A stretch of 63,919 bases of DNA, filler included, from Octopus bimaculoides (lineage: Eukaryota): NCBI RefSeq assembly GCF_001194135.2. It is 5 parts of 5 records of this genome, joined end to end, with 100 filler letters (N's around TTAATTAATTAA, not from the genome) between each part and the next. Parts side by side here need not be neighbours in the genome. Positions count along the whole stretch, not along the records: positions 4,213 to 25,317 come from NC_068982.1; positions 25,418 to 44,625 come from NC_069005.1; 3 more parts are not named here. One strand, 5' to 3'. This document shows positions 13,759 through 26,127 of the stretch, in pieces. The notes beneath the pieces were generated by a model. The model had not been told where the DNA came from, ran no database searches, and worked only from the letters and a program-made list of their open reading frames with translations. The stretch's first letter is position 1. Each line of letters opens with the position of its first letter. The position numbers and the translations under genes are program-made.

Positions 13759-13947
13759 GCGTTCAAAATTCACAACAGCTGTTTCGGCAGCATTTTGTTG
13801 ATACATCATAGCAAAATCCCGCCAACATCGGGTAAATTTTAAACGCATAAACAGGTAATGTAGAAGTTTGAAGACTACCAGTTCACCAGCTTCCGAAGAA
13901 TGCGTCTATAAAATGCTGCCGAAAAGCTGTTGTGAATTTTGAACCGC
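13759..13947. mobile_element. Short MITE with about 38-bp TIRs
   Basis: gcgttcaaaattcacaacagctgtttcggcagcatttt versus aaaatgctgccgaaaagctgttgtgaattttgaaccgc. Confidence 0.75.
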
Positions 13948-14166
13948 CACATGTGTTCTCTTGAGTTGGATCTACGGTTTATATTGGATTTGGTACCTAT
14001 GTATATATGTCTACGTCTATGTATATATTTACATGTATCGGTTGATGTGTTTTGTGTGTGTGTGTGTGTGTGTAGATACATACAATATACTATCAACAAA
14101 TAGCAACTAAGATTCGTATTTCGTATTTCATGTTGTTTACGTTTTGTGATGTCCTGTACCCATATA

Positions 14167-14228
<62 letters not shown>

Positions 14229-15093
14229 TATGCATATGCATATATAAATGTATTTATGCATTTATGTATTCATTTCCTCCTAATACATTACCGTTTGCCG
14301 CTAGGTGTCGTGCTATGCTGGCTGGTTCTTATTCTACATTTCAAGATGGTAATCGGTTTAGAAACATTTTTTTTCCTTCTAGGAACGGCAGTCTGTTGCG
14401 GATGTATATAATGAAATAGTAACCATATGTCTGCTTAACTAATTTCATGATGCCGATTTTATCAAATGCTCGAAATTCTTTTCGGAATATTTCGTTAGTT
14501 GTTTAGCTCGTGCGAACTGTTCCGAGTCCGAGTTTTGTTCATGCTGGACCACTGTCTTACTGTCTATGTGTTTCAAACAGTTGTCGTTTCTTATTTTGTT
14601 TCTTTTCTTTTGCTTCTTACTCTGTTTTAATAAATGGTTCAACCGAAACGTGGTCTACTTTTTCTTTTCCATATATATATATGGTACCTATATAGAACTG
14701 TATTATTAAACGGTACCTATCTCACTTGCGTAGAGGCGCCTACAAGGGTCATAGGCAATGCTCTTTTCTACAGACCCAGCAAGTGAAAGCAAAAATAAGC
14801 AAAACCATTGTCTTTACTGAAACTCCATTCAGCATTCAAGCGCTAGTCGGTTGAAAATATTTCCCATCTTCTCGTCAGTCTTTTAGGAGATTTCTCCTCA
14901 AAGTCTCGGCGATCAGTGCGGACATATGCACGAATACTTGCATTTATACAGGTATACGTGTAACCATATAACCATCTATTATCTCAGTATGTATGTATGT
15001 ATGTATGTATGTATGTGTGTATGTATGTACTTTTTCCTTTTTCCTTTTTGAGTGTCCATTTCTCTGTGCACAACCTTTATTGTTAATTTGTAC

Positions 15094-15152
<59 letters not shown>

Positions 15153-15479
15153 CTTATCCATCGCCTCTCGATTTTTTGTCAAACTGTTATCCGTCTTTTA
15201 TTCTTTTCGTACCATTTGTGATATTTTTTCTCCCTTATTTTTACTACATCTTGTATAATGTTAGCATTGTATATCTCGCTTTTCATTTGTATTGGTTTGA
15301 TATTGATGTATGAACATGTACTTCATGGCCGAATGGTTAAAAAGTCTGCTTCACAATCATGTGGTCCATCTATGCATGCATCCATTTATTCATTTATACA
15401 TCCATCCATCCACCAATCCAATCATCCAGTCAGCCATCCATCCATCAATCCATGCATGCATACATACATCGATCGATCG

Positions 15480-15556
15480 ATCGATCCATCCATCCACCCA
15501 TCCATCCATCCATCCATCCATCCATCCATCCATCCATCCATCCATCCATCCATCCA
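15480..15556 (+). repeat. (CATC)n microsatellite
   Basis: Direct observation; source of HPSI-repeat ORFs. Confidence 0.95.
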
Positions 15557-15685
15557 TTTTCTCTGTCCATTATTACTGGTTGAGTCATGTGGATTTCTAA
15601 GTCCTCAGACACCTCCACCATAGAGTTCTTTCAGAACTAACCGTCATTTGGATTCCCAAATGAGACCAACGGAAACTATGAACAT

Positions 15686-15918
15686 AAGGTGGCGAGCTGG
15701 CAGAAACGTTAGTGCGTCGGGCAAAATGCTTAGCAGTATTTCGCCTGCCATTACGTTCTGAGTTCGAATTCCGCCAAGGTCGACTTTGCCTTTCATCCTT
15801 TCGGGGTCGATAAATTAAGTACCAGTTATGCACTGGGGTCAATGTAATCGACTTAATCAGTTTGTCTGTCCTTGTTTGTCCCCTCTATGTTTAGCCCCTT
15901 GTGGGCAATAAAGAAATA
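15686..15918 (+). mobile_element. Full-length family B tRNA-derived SINE with 15-bp TSD
   Basis: GGAAACTATGAACAT at 15671-15685 and 15919-15933; B-box-like GAGTTCGAATTCC; A-rich tail. Confidence 0.92.
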
Positions 15919-16589
15919 GGAAACTATGAACATTATCTAACCATCACATTGTTGGTTTCAGCCGGTTGGTTCGACCCGAAAAATCTGTCTTGCGATTCTT
16001 TCCTCCGACATTCTAATCACATGTCCGTAGAACCAGAGCTATGACCTCTCAATGCAAAGAAGTAGTCCCCGATCTGTGAACTACACACTCAGATTCTTTG
16101 AAGGATGATTGTATTCTTGATCGTGCTCTTTTAATCACGACCCAACATTCATGACCTTAGGTGAGGATATGCACAAAAACTGAATTGAAGATAAGAAGTT
16201 TGGCTTTAGTTATGAGGTCCTGGTTTCAATATTGCTGTGTAGCATCAGATTGACTCATACATTTCAAGTGAAATTAGGTAATGGAAACTGTATAGAAGCC
16301 CGTCGAATGGATTGTACGTTTGATTCAAAGGTACAGCTTTGACATATTCTCTATCACGCTGATCCTGCCTGAGAATTATATTAATGGTACACGTTTCTTT
16401 GAAATACTTAGCTGCTTACACACTAATTCGGTGAATTTGGTTGTAAAGCTGATCGAATAACTGATCACTCATGGTCGGAAAATTTGACCTAAACTCATTA
16501 TAATTTTCCCTCACTATAAACTGACCAACGATTGTTGGTGTTCAGGGTGGAAGAGAATTATAAACATACATAGATAATGTTTAAAGCCT

Positions 16590-17395
16590 TCAATAGGAGT
16601 TCCATCAAGTTTTTGATTATGCAGGTGATACGAACCTACACTCCACTCTCAGATTCCCCAATTATGCATCAGTTACAGACGACCTAGACAACACATGCCA
16701 AACATGCATTAATTTCATGAACGAAGACCATAAGAGCGTCCTTCCAGTAGAGCCATGCCAATCTTGTCTCTTTTAACAGGGAAAAAGAAATCAAGCACTA
16801 GTTCTATGAAGCAAACATCACCAAACATAAACAACTATCAGCTAGAGCTCTCATGATCATCCCAAGTGCTGGGCCTTAGTATTACAGGTGATCTCTCCGA
16901 GTGAAAGCATATCTTTAACATAGCTAGGACCGCTCTTCAGAGCCAGAAAATATTTCACCCCCAACATTTATGGACATGCTACAAGGCACCGGCATCTGAG
17001 ATGGTGCTGTTGATACGCTTACAGACATCTTGGATCGGTTCCAGAGAAGAGCCTCTTGACTGATTAGCATTCAGTCACTAACAGACATGCCCCAGCCTCA
17101 AATCCACACGCATACTCTCTCTTCTCTTCCTGTATTTTATTGCTACTATAATGGCTTCGGTTCCTTGCGCTGGCTGGCCACGTATCTCTACAACTTAGAT
17201 GCCCCCAGCTCACTCGCCTTTCTACTTCTCCTCATTTCTTTATTAGATTCAATCCTCTCGGCCCCACACTAAACACTGTGTTCAGTTCTTGCTTTCTTCA
17301 GCATCATTCCTCTGGAATGTTTTACCTGCTCATGGCTTTCCTGCACTTCTTTGACATGGAACAATTTAAACAGAACATCAAACGGTACCTTATTT
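16590..17395 (+). mobile_element. CR1-group LINE RT/C-terminal relic
   Basis: FDYAGDT (YADD-like), LDRFQRRA, PVFYCYYNG, LWNVLP and FKQNIK motifs spread over frames. Confidence 0.65.
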
Positions 17396-17399
17396 ACAT

Positions 17400-17629
17400 T
17401 ATTTACATTCGACGGATATTTGTCCTCATCTTGTTTGTTGTTAACACAACGTTTCGGCTGATATACCCTCCAGTCAGGTGTCTTGGGGAAATTTCGAACC
17501 TGGGTTCTCATTCCTAAGGTATTTTTCGATGTTATTATTATTATTATCAGTGTTCAGGTCACTGCTTGGAATCGAACTCGGAATCTTGGGGTTAGTAGCC
17601 CGCGCTCTTAACCACTACGCCATATGCCC
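17400..17629 (-). mobile_element. tRNA-headed SINE with hammerhead-like 3' domain
   Basis: Minus: GGGCATATGGCGTAGTGG (A box), GAGTTCGATTCC (B box, 17568-17579), (TAA)n, then gacac-CTGA-ctg-gagggtatat-cagcc-GAAAC-GTT-gtgtt. Confidence 0.7.
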
Positions 17630-17761
17630 ACGGGCATATGGCGTAGGGGTTAAGAACGCCAGTGTTATAATAGTGGCAGCTGATGAAGGATATGTTGGCT
17701 ATGTGGCCTGTGTGTTTTTTGTACCTTGTTTATCATTTTGTCCATGTTTTTTTGCAACGTC

Positions 17762-17831
<70 letters not shown>

Positions 17832-18130
17832 ATGTATGTATGTATGTATTGGGTGGTAGATTGAACTCTGAGGGACAGATTTAACACGTCGCTTGGTTTA
17901 ACCGAATCAACTCTGTTATAGATTATTCAGACCTGCTCTCTAGTTTGAAGACACCTTCCTCTCTTCCAAATTTGGAGGCTCTGAAAAAGGTCATCGGCAT
18001 TGCCTAACCCTAACCCTAACCCTACTGATTAAAAGATAATAAAAATGCGTGTGTATGTTTGCACGTGCGTGTGCTTGTATGTGTGTTTGTGTGTGCGTGT
18101 GTGTGTTTGTGTCTGCGGGCGTGTTTGTGC

Positions 18131-18178
<48 letters not shown>

Positions 18179-18575
18179 TTACGTGCGTAATATATTTTTT
18201 AAATAAGTATAAAAGCTGTGAACATTAACGCGAGAAAGGACTCATTACGGGATTGGAATTAAAAGTTTTAAAATAATTTTATTGACAGAGACTTCGAAGT
18301 TTCGCTCCAGTTAGCTACGTTGAAGGGTCTGGTGGCAAAGTAGTAGCAAAGTATCAGTCTCACAATCAATAAGAGATACACAAACACACACACATACACG
18401 CACACACACATACACACACATACATATACACACACGTACATACATTTATACATATATATGTATGTATATACATATATATGCATATGTGTGTGTATGTATA
18501 CCTATGTGCATTTATATATATATATAATATATATAATATATATATATAATATATATAATATTGCCCACAAGACTT

Positions 18576-18623
<48 letters not shown>

Positions 18624-20154
18624 TATATATACATATATATATGCGTATGTATATATGTATGTGTGTGTGTGCATATATGTATATATACATACATACATAT
18701 ANNNNNNNNNNNNNNNNNNNNNNNNNNNNNNNNNNNNNNNNNNNNNNNNNNNNNNNNNNNNNNNNNNNNNNNNNNNNNNNNNNNNNNNNNNNNNNNNNNN
18801 NNNNNNNNNNNNNNNNNNNNNNNNNNNNNNNNNNNNNNNNNNNNNNNNNNNNNNNNNNNNNNNNNNNNNNNNNNNNNNNNNNNNNNNNNNNNNNNNNNNN
18901 NNNNNNNNNNNNNNNNNNNNNNNNNNNNNNNNNNNNNNNNNNNNNNNNNNNNNNNNNNNNNNNNNNNNNNNNNNNNNNNNNNNNNNNNNNNNNNNNNNNN
19001 NNNNNNNNNNNNNNNNNNNNNNNNNNNNNNNNNNNNNNNNNNNNNNNNNNNNNNNNNNNNNNNNNNNNNNNNNNNNNNNNNNNNNNNNNNNNNNNNNNNN
19101 NNNNNNNNNNNNNNNNNNNNNNNNNNNNNNNNNNNNNNNNNNNNNNNNNNNNNNNNNNNNNNNNNNNNNNNNNNNNNNNNNNNNNNNNNNNNNNNNNNNN
19201 NNNNNNNNNNNNNNNNNNNNNNNNNNNNNNNNNNNNNNNNNNNNNNNNNNNNNNNNNNNNNNNNNNNNNNNNNNNNNNNNNNNNNNNNNNNNNNNNNNNN
19301 NNNNNNNNNNNNNNNNNNNNNNNNNNNNNNNNNNNNNNNNNNNNNNNNNNNNNNNNNNNNNNNNNNNNNNNNNNNNNNNNNNNNNNNNNNNNNNNNNNNN
19401 NNNNNNNNNNNNNNNNNNNNNNNNNNNNNNNNNNNNNNNNNNNNNNNNNNNNNNNNNNNNNNNNNNNNNNNNNNNNNNNNNNNNNNNNNNNNNNNNNNNN
19501 NNNNNNNNNNNNNNNNNNNNNNNNNNNNNNNNNNNNNNNNNNNNNNNNNNNNNNNNNNNNNNNNNNNNNNNNNNNNNNNNNNNNNNNNNNNNNNNNNNNN
19601 TACAAAGTCTTGTGGGCAATATTATATTTTTTGAAATGTCAGTATTATTTTCGTTTGTTTTTATTTCAACAATATTCGGTTACCAATCATTCTCCATAAT
19701 TCTTTGACATTGATGATGATATTTTCGTAAGGCAAAAAGAAAAGAAGAAAAGCACACTAGAACTCCACAGACAATGAATCACAATGCCAAAAAGGGGTCT
19801 TTATTAACGGTCATTGATCAATATTTGGGGAAACAATGGACGAGAACGACTCATCGTCTGTAATACAATACCACATACACACACACGCACGTGCGCGCGC
19901 GCACACACATATAGACTCATGTGTATATGTATGTATGTGTGTATATGTATGTATGTGTGTATATGAATATCTGTATGTGTCTACATGTATATATATATAT
20001 ATATATACGCACACACATTATCTATATGAATGTGAAGTAGGAAACGAATATGAAACTAAACACGAAGGATAAAAAAGAAAAAAAAAATAGTTGAAAATAC
20101 CAAATACAGTGAATGTCAAACTATTTTTCATTCTTTGTTTTCAACTGCTAATAT

Positions 20155-20364
<210 letters not shown>

Positions 20365-20366
20365 AA

Positions 20367-20585
20367 CTGAGGTGGCGAGCTGGCATAATCGTTAGCACGC
20401 TGGACGGAATGCTTAGCGTTATTTCGCCCGTCGCTACGTTCTGAGTTCAAATTCCGCCCAGGTCAACTTTGCCTTTCATCCTTTCGGGGTTGATAAAATA
20501 AGTAGTAGTTGAGCACCAGGGTCGATGTAATCGACTCATCCCCACCCCCAAAATTGCTGCCCTTGTGGCAAACTTTGAAGCCATT
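20367..20585 (+). mobile_element. Family B SINE
   Basis: Colinear with 15686-15918 from ggtggcgagctggc onward. Confidence 0.85.
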
Positions 20586-21039
20586 ATTATTATTATCATC
20601 ATCGTTATTGAATAAAAGAGCATCACATTCCATTCATGTGACGCTGGGGTACAAATACACGAAACCCAATATGATTACCCGTTCGATAGAGGTACACTTG
20701 GCACATGATTCAGAAATATACGAGCGCGGAAGAGTTGAGTTAATGTACAAGGAAGGGTTGAGTTAATGTACAGCACACACATAATTTCTATAAACAAATC
20801 AAGTTGAACGCTCATACGTCGTCTTCGACGAGAGAGTCCATCATTATTATATGTTTTAGATTTGCTGTAATTGATACAAGTTGTACCCAAGTCTCAACCA
20901 GAAGCATCAAAAGACAAAGTTTTGTATCTGAAGCTGCGAACAGCTGACGTGCCATGCAATCGAAAACACTGATGTCTGAGGGACGTAAAATGAAAAACAG
21001 AGTGAGAACAGTTACATATACATGAAGAGGAATTTACAT

Positions 21040-21940
21040 AGAATATGTGAGATACCTATCTTTCGCAATTCGCCTATTTTGGGGTTGCCAAGTATTTGGA
21101 CTACATACTTGATATCATTCCAAGTACCACAATAATAACTGGCAATATTGTTGTTTTGAGATGCCACATTCTTCCAGTTTCAATTTCCAGTTCCTCATAT
21201 TTGCTCAGTTTTTCAAACATTTTCAGAGACGTGTTTTCGTCGGCTGGGGCTGCAACATCAATCAGAAGACAAATCTTTTCGATATGATTTTTCACAATGG
21301 GATCAGGTCGGCGGTTTGCCTGTATGTAAACATTGAAATTCCAAAGGATGGTAGCTTTGGCATTCTGCGCAACTTGTGGTGGCTTGTATTCCCACCAGGT
21401 ATTTTTGTAAGGGTGGTTGTATGTGCGGCATATTGACCAGTGTAAGCCCTGTCATTCCTTTGCAAATATTCTGTTAGTGCCAGTCTGCTGCATCCACAGA
21501 TTATGTGGCTGATTGTCTCAGGGTGCTCGCCACATTTGCGGCATAATGAATTACTTTCATATTTCAGGACATTACTTTAGTAACTCCTAGTTGGAAGGGA
21601 CCAGACACAAGTAGCAATGATATACCCTTTAGATTCTAGTTTGATACCGGAGCATGGCAGCCATTGATGTATAAGTGCTTGGTCTACATCAGGGTCCTTG
21701 ATTCTAGCCGAGTATTTGCCGTGCAGTAGCCTTTGCTCCCATTTCTTCTTAACATATTGAAAGCTGGTTTGTTTGACTATGGTTTTTTATTTCTTTTGCT
21801 TTGCCTGTTGGGAACGCAGTTTCTTCGGGTACTGGTTCGTCTAGCTGCATTTTTCGGAGGTATATTTTCGCGTTTTTCGTCACTAATTGCAACCTTTTGG
21901 TATCTTCATAATAACACGTTCGAATGAAAATAATCATGGG
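21040..21940 (-). mobile_element. R4/Dong-type non-LTR retrotransposon 3' relic (CCHC knuckle plus restriction-like endonuclease)
   Basis: KWEQRLLHGKY, LESKGYII, CRKCGEHPETISHIICGC (C-x2-C-x7-H-x4-C), ICLLIDVAAPADENTSLKMFEKLSKYEELEIETGRMW...LPVIIVVLG. Confidence 0.85.
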
Positions 21941-21960
21941 ATTATGATATCATACAGCTT

Positions 21961-23173
21961 CTAATGTTTGATGCAAGATCCTCCACATGCAATAACCTTC
22001 CTTGTGCACTGATCCATTGAATTTATCATGGTGATGATATCCTCTTGTGTCATGGTTTGAGCAACATCTACAATAGCATCTCAGAGGGCAACTTTACGTG
22101 AAAACTGCCGTCCATCTTAGGAAACGTGTTTCTTCAGGACACTCCACAGGTTCTCTGTCGGGTTTAAGTCAAGGGAACAAGGTGACCACTCCATCAAACA
22201 ACTTCCAGAGAAGTGTATTGCTTCAGGTGTTCCTTAGAATTCTTCGCTGCATGAGACGGGGCATTATCTTGCACAAAGACCAGTTTTCTCCTGAATGAAA
22301 GTTTTTGCTTTTTGAACCACGGTTGGAAATTGTCCTTCAAGAAGGTAACATGTTTCCCATGTCATCTTAATGCCATCTGGAACTTTCCATGGCCCGACCA
22401 TCATACCACCAACGACGCCAGCCCAAAATATGACTCCACCTTCCCCCTCTTGGCGACTCAAACGATGAGGACAATTCCTGCTGATTGATACCCAAACTTT
22501 ACTCCAGCCATCAGGTCCGTCAAGGGTAGCGCGACATTCATCAGTGAACAGAACTGTTGAAAAATCTATCTTCATGTATTCTTCTGCCCATTTAAGTCTC
22601 TTCTGCTTATGAACAGCTTTCAGAGGGGGCCTTGTAACAGGCTTAACATTCTAGGCTACCTGCTTCAAGAGGCGACACATGGTAGTTTTAGATACCTCTT
22701 CCCTGCCACAGCGTTTGAAGACTTCTCAACTTGTCAGACATGGGTTCCGAACAACTCTTTTCACACGTGACAAAGTACGATTCGAAGCAACCATCGACTT
22801 ACCCTTATCTACCTTCGACAGGACAGGACAGGAATAGGAGACTGCACAAATTTCTTCACTATTCAGTGATCTCTTCCCAGTATTTTGAATATTTCTATGA
22901 CTTTTTTCTTTTTCCAAGCTCTGACACGATGATAGACTTCTCATTCGAGGTAAGATCACGTTTCTGACCCATAATGACACTTAAATTGGGCACCTGCTCA
23001 ATAATTTGGGATAGCAGAAATATTGTTACTACACGATAATGGCTGCCGTTTATTTTCGTCTGCGCTAATCCGATTAGCAGAAAGTGCGCAGATAGGTGTT
23101 GCCAACAGTCAGCGAGAAAACAACTGGCTTTGAACAAATATACAAATGATTTGTATAATAATGTGGGACGCAG
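21961..23173 (-). mobile_element. Tc1-like DD37E (TRT-type) transposon, near full-length pseudogene
   Basis: ATG at 22972 (MGQKRDLTSNEKSII), VLFTDECRATLDGPDGW, GGGVIFWAG, QDNAPSHAAK...LMEWSPCSLDLNPTE; second D to E spacing is 110 nt, i.e. 37 codons after one 1-nt deletion; stop at 21961-21963; one TA-flanked terminus at 23173. Confidence 0.88.
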
Positions 23174-23269
23174 TATATGTTTGTGAATGCTCCTAAGGTC
23201 CCTAAAATATAATCAGCTTCATCATGACCTTGTTAAATTCACACTTGAGGATTTTACACTTCATGTTGG

Positions 23270-24110
23270 TATAATGCTCTATATTTCATTTTACCTTTTT
23301 GTGTACTCTGGTATCAAATAGGTATATCACGTGGATTACATTACAAAGTTTCTTTTCGTCTACAAGCACAATATCCAGTCTGTTGTGTTCTATTCTTCCT
23401 TCGGTTTATTTACGAAAGTCCCACATATCCTCGTTTTCAAGGACTTGCATTTCTTTTCCCACAAAATGGATATAGCTATTTTTCCTGTCCACGAAAAACA
23501 AATTACCCGCAAAATTTTCCCTGTTATCCTTTCAGTAATCTTTTCATAGTTACACTTTTTGTGTTTACTCTGAGCTTATTGTGGACATTCCGATACAATT
23601 TTTCTGTATTTGGGTGAACATTCCTGCTAATCTATCATCCTCTTAATCTAATTTACCCTCAGGACCTGCTTCTGTGCCGCCATGATAATTTCCACGGGAT
23701 CTTTTCTCAGTACCCTTTTCTTTATTAACGACCAGTTGTCTTTGTGATCCTTTAGCTATTTTTTTTAACGCCGAGTGAAGTTTCTTTCTTTCATAGTTGA
23801 TTTCCAATTTTCTCTTTTTGTGTTCTGTATATTATGTAAATAGTTCTTCACATATTACGTCCTTAATGTAAACAGTCCTGTGGGTAAGCAGTCCTTAAAT
23901 GAGAATTCTTGCCGACCTTTCCTCCTCTTAATCCAATTTGTCCTCAGATACCTGTTCCTGCGCTACGAACATTATTCCCTCTGTTTCCTTCTTCAAAACT
24001 CCTTTGCTTTAGCCATAACCAGCTCTCCTTATTACACCTTATCTCACTGGATTCTTGAAAAACTCTGAATAAAACTTCTTCTCTTCAAGGTTTTGATTTC
24101 CAGTTTTCCA
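23270..24110 (-). mobile_element. Second R4/Dong-type LINE relic
   Basis: SWLWLKQRS/LKKETEGIMFVAQEQ and VLENEDMWDF...IEHNRLDIVLVDEKK motifs, many indels. Confidence 0.7.
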
Positions 24111-24299
24111 TATTTCCTCGTATTCTCTGGGTTTTTTTTTGTATTCTACACATTCTTTAAATAGTATTTCATTTAATCGAAGAGTGCGGAGAACAGGGAT
24201 GGACTGTTGAGTATTACCACCTGGCAGTGGGGGCTAGAGGCTTCATTGAAAGGAAAATGGCGACGTTATTTAAAAGAAAGTTTGCATTTTCGAGCTCAT

Positions 24300-24625
24300 T
24301 GGTTAGGCTAATTGGTTAGGATAATCGGCTCATAATCGTGAGGTTGTGAGTTCGATATCCGACAGTTTCTTGTGTCCTTGAGCAAGACACTTTATTTCAC
24401 GTTGCTCCAGTTCACTCAGCTGGCAAAAATGAATAGTACTTGTATCTCAAAGAGGCAGACTTGTCACATCCTTCGTAACACTGAATGTCTTTGAGAACCA
24501 CGTTAAGCTGACGCGTATCTGTGGAGTGCTCAGCCACTTGCAAGTTAATTTCACGAGCAGATTGTTCTGTTGATCTGAAACACTCAACTGAAACACTCAA
24601 CGTCGTAACCGACGGAGTACCAATT
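24300..24625 (+). mobile_element. tRNA-derived SINE, family C
   Basis: B box GAGTTCGATATCC, body tgtccttgagcaagacactttatttcacgttgctcc shared with 3075-3250. Confidence 0.75.
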
Positions 24626-25132
24626 TGTCCTGTCAATCTACCGCTCTAAATTTCACTTTCTTTATCGACCCCCGAAAGGATGATAGGCAAAGTTGATCCT
24701 ATCAGGGTCTGAACGCAGAGCGCAGAAGGTCGGAACATATAACGCGATGCTGTCTATTATGATGTTCTAACAACCGTGCCAATTCGCTGCTTTGTGATTT
24801 CGACATTTTTGGAAATCTTGTTTTTATTTCTAGCATATTGAGTGGTCCACGTTTAGCCAGCCACGTCGGCTCATGAGTCACATAATTGTAAAGAAGAGTA
24901 GAAGATGACAATGGTGGCTTTTTGTGGGATTTTTTTTTTTTTTCAAATCAACAACTGTTGTTCTTCACAAATTAAGAAATATAGATTTCAAGCAGGACGT
25001 TTTGCAGTTAAGTGGTCTTTGTTGAAGGAGCTCTGAGACAATACAAAGAAACTAAACAAAGGAAGAAGGCTTGGCAACAAGAATTGATATATGTACATTG
25101 TATGTATGTATGTATGTATGTATGTATGTATG

Positions 25133-25218
<86 letters not shown>
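25133..25218 (+). repeat. (TATC)n microsatellite (also 33090-33185 as GATA, 63620-63725)
   Basis: Direct observation. Confidence 0.95.
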
Positions 25219-25277
25219 CATATATGAGTGTGTGTATGCGTGTGTATGTGTAATATATAATGTATGTCTATATAATA

Positions 25278-25311
<34 letters not shown>

Positions 25312-26127
25312 TGTGTGNNNNNNNNNNNNNNNNNNNNNNNNNNNNNNNNNNNNNNNNNNNNTTAATTAATTAANNNNNNNNNNNNNNNNNNNNNNNNNNN
25401 NNNNNNNNNNNNNNNNNGGGGGGGGGGGCAATTTTGGAGGAATGGTGTCAGATTACCATCTGGTCTGGTGGTGGTGGTGGCAGCAGTGTTGGTAATGGTG
25501 GTGGTGGTGTTTGGTAGTAGTAGTAATAGTAGTAGTAGTAGTAGTTGTTAGTGTTCTTTAAACTCAGGACAACCTTGACCCCTTTTGACCTGCATTCAAA
25601 ATTGTTCCAGCCTTGACTATCCTGCCTTTTTCTTTACATGGCACAAGAAACCTAAGAAAACATTATCCAATGTGACCTTACTTTTTGTTTCGAAGACAAC
25701 AGGGTACAACGAGGGTATTTGGCTTCTGTTTCTAGCAGTGATGAATGATCATACAGAGACAACTCTTGGCTCAGTGTTGTTGTTGTTGCTGTTTAGCCAA
25801 GGTCAGACCTAACTGAATAGACCTATGATCAATAGCATTCCAACAATGCCCATCCCAACTTTTTCCCAAAGTGCAAGGAACCAAGGTCCACATTATCCAA
25901 AATGCCATTTTCTTTTTTTTGGAAGAATTGTAGGGTGTGATCTGGAGGTGATTCAGCTGTTATTTCAAGCATATTGAGTAACCACAGAGAGGCTTCCTTA
26001 CTGGTTTGTTGCGATATAGCATACTGGAAGATAGTGGCAGTTGTGATGGCCATTTTGGAGAGGCTACGTGATAGCAATACCCAAGGATATTACCTCTCTT
26101 CACATCCTCTACTGGCAAATATTGGTA

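Noticed and set aside
14300-14960. Codon-like unique segments and short ORFs as possible downstream ACAP exons
   Set aside because: No similarity to the expected xLQADS or ArfGAP zinc-finger sequence, and no phase-compatible splice sites
15300-15920. CRISPR-like or prokaryotic features anywhere in the window
   Set aside because: No regular repeat-spacer arrays, operons or dense coding; sequence is eukaryotic intronic DNA
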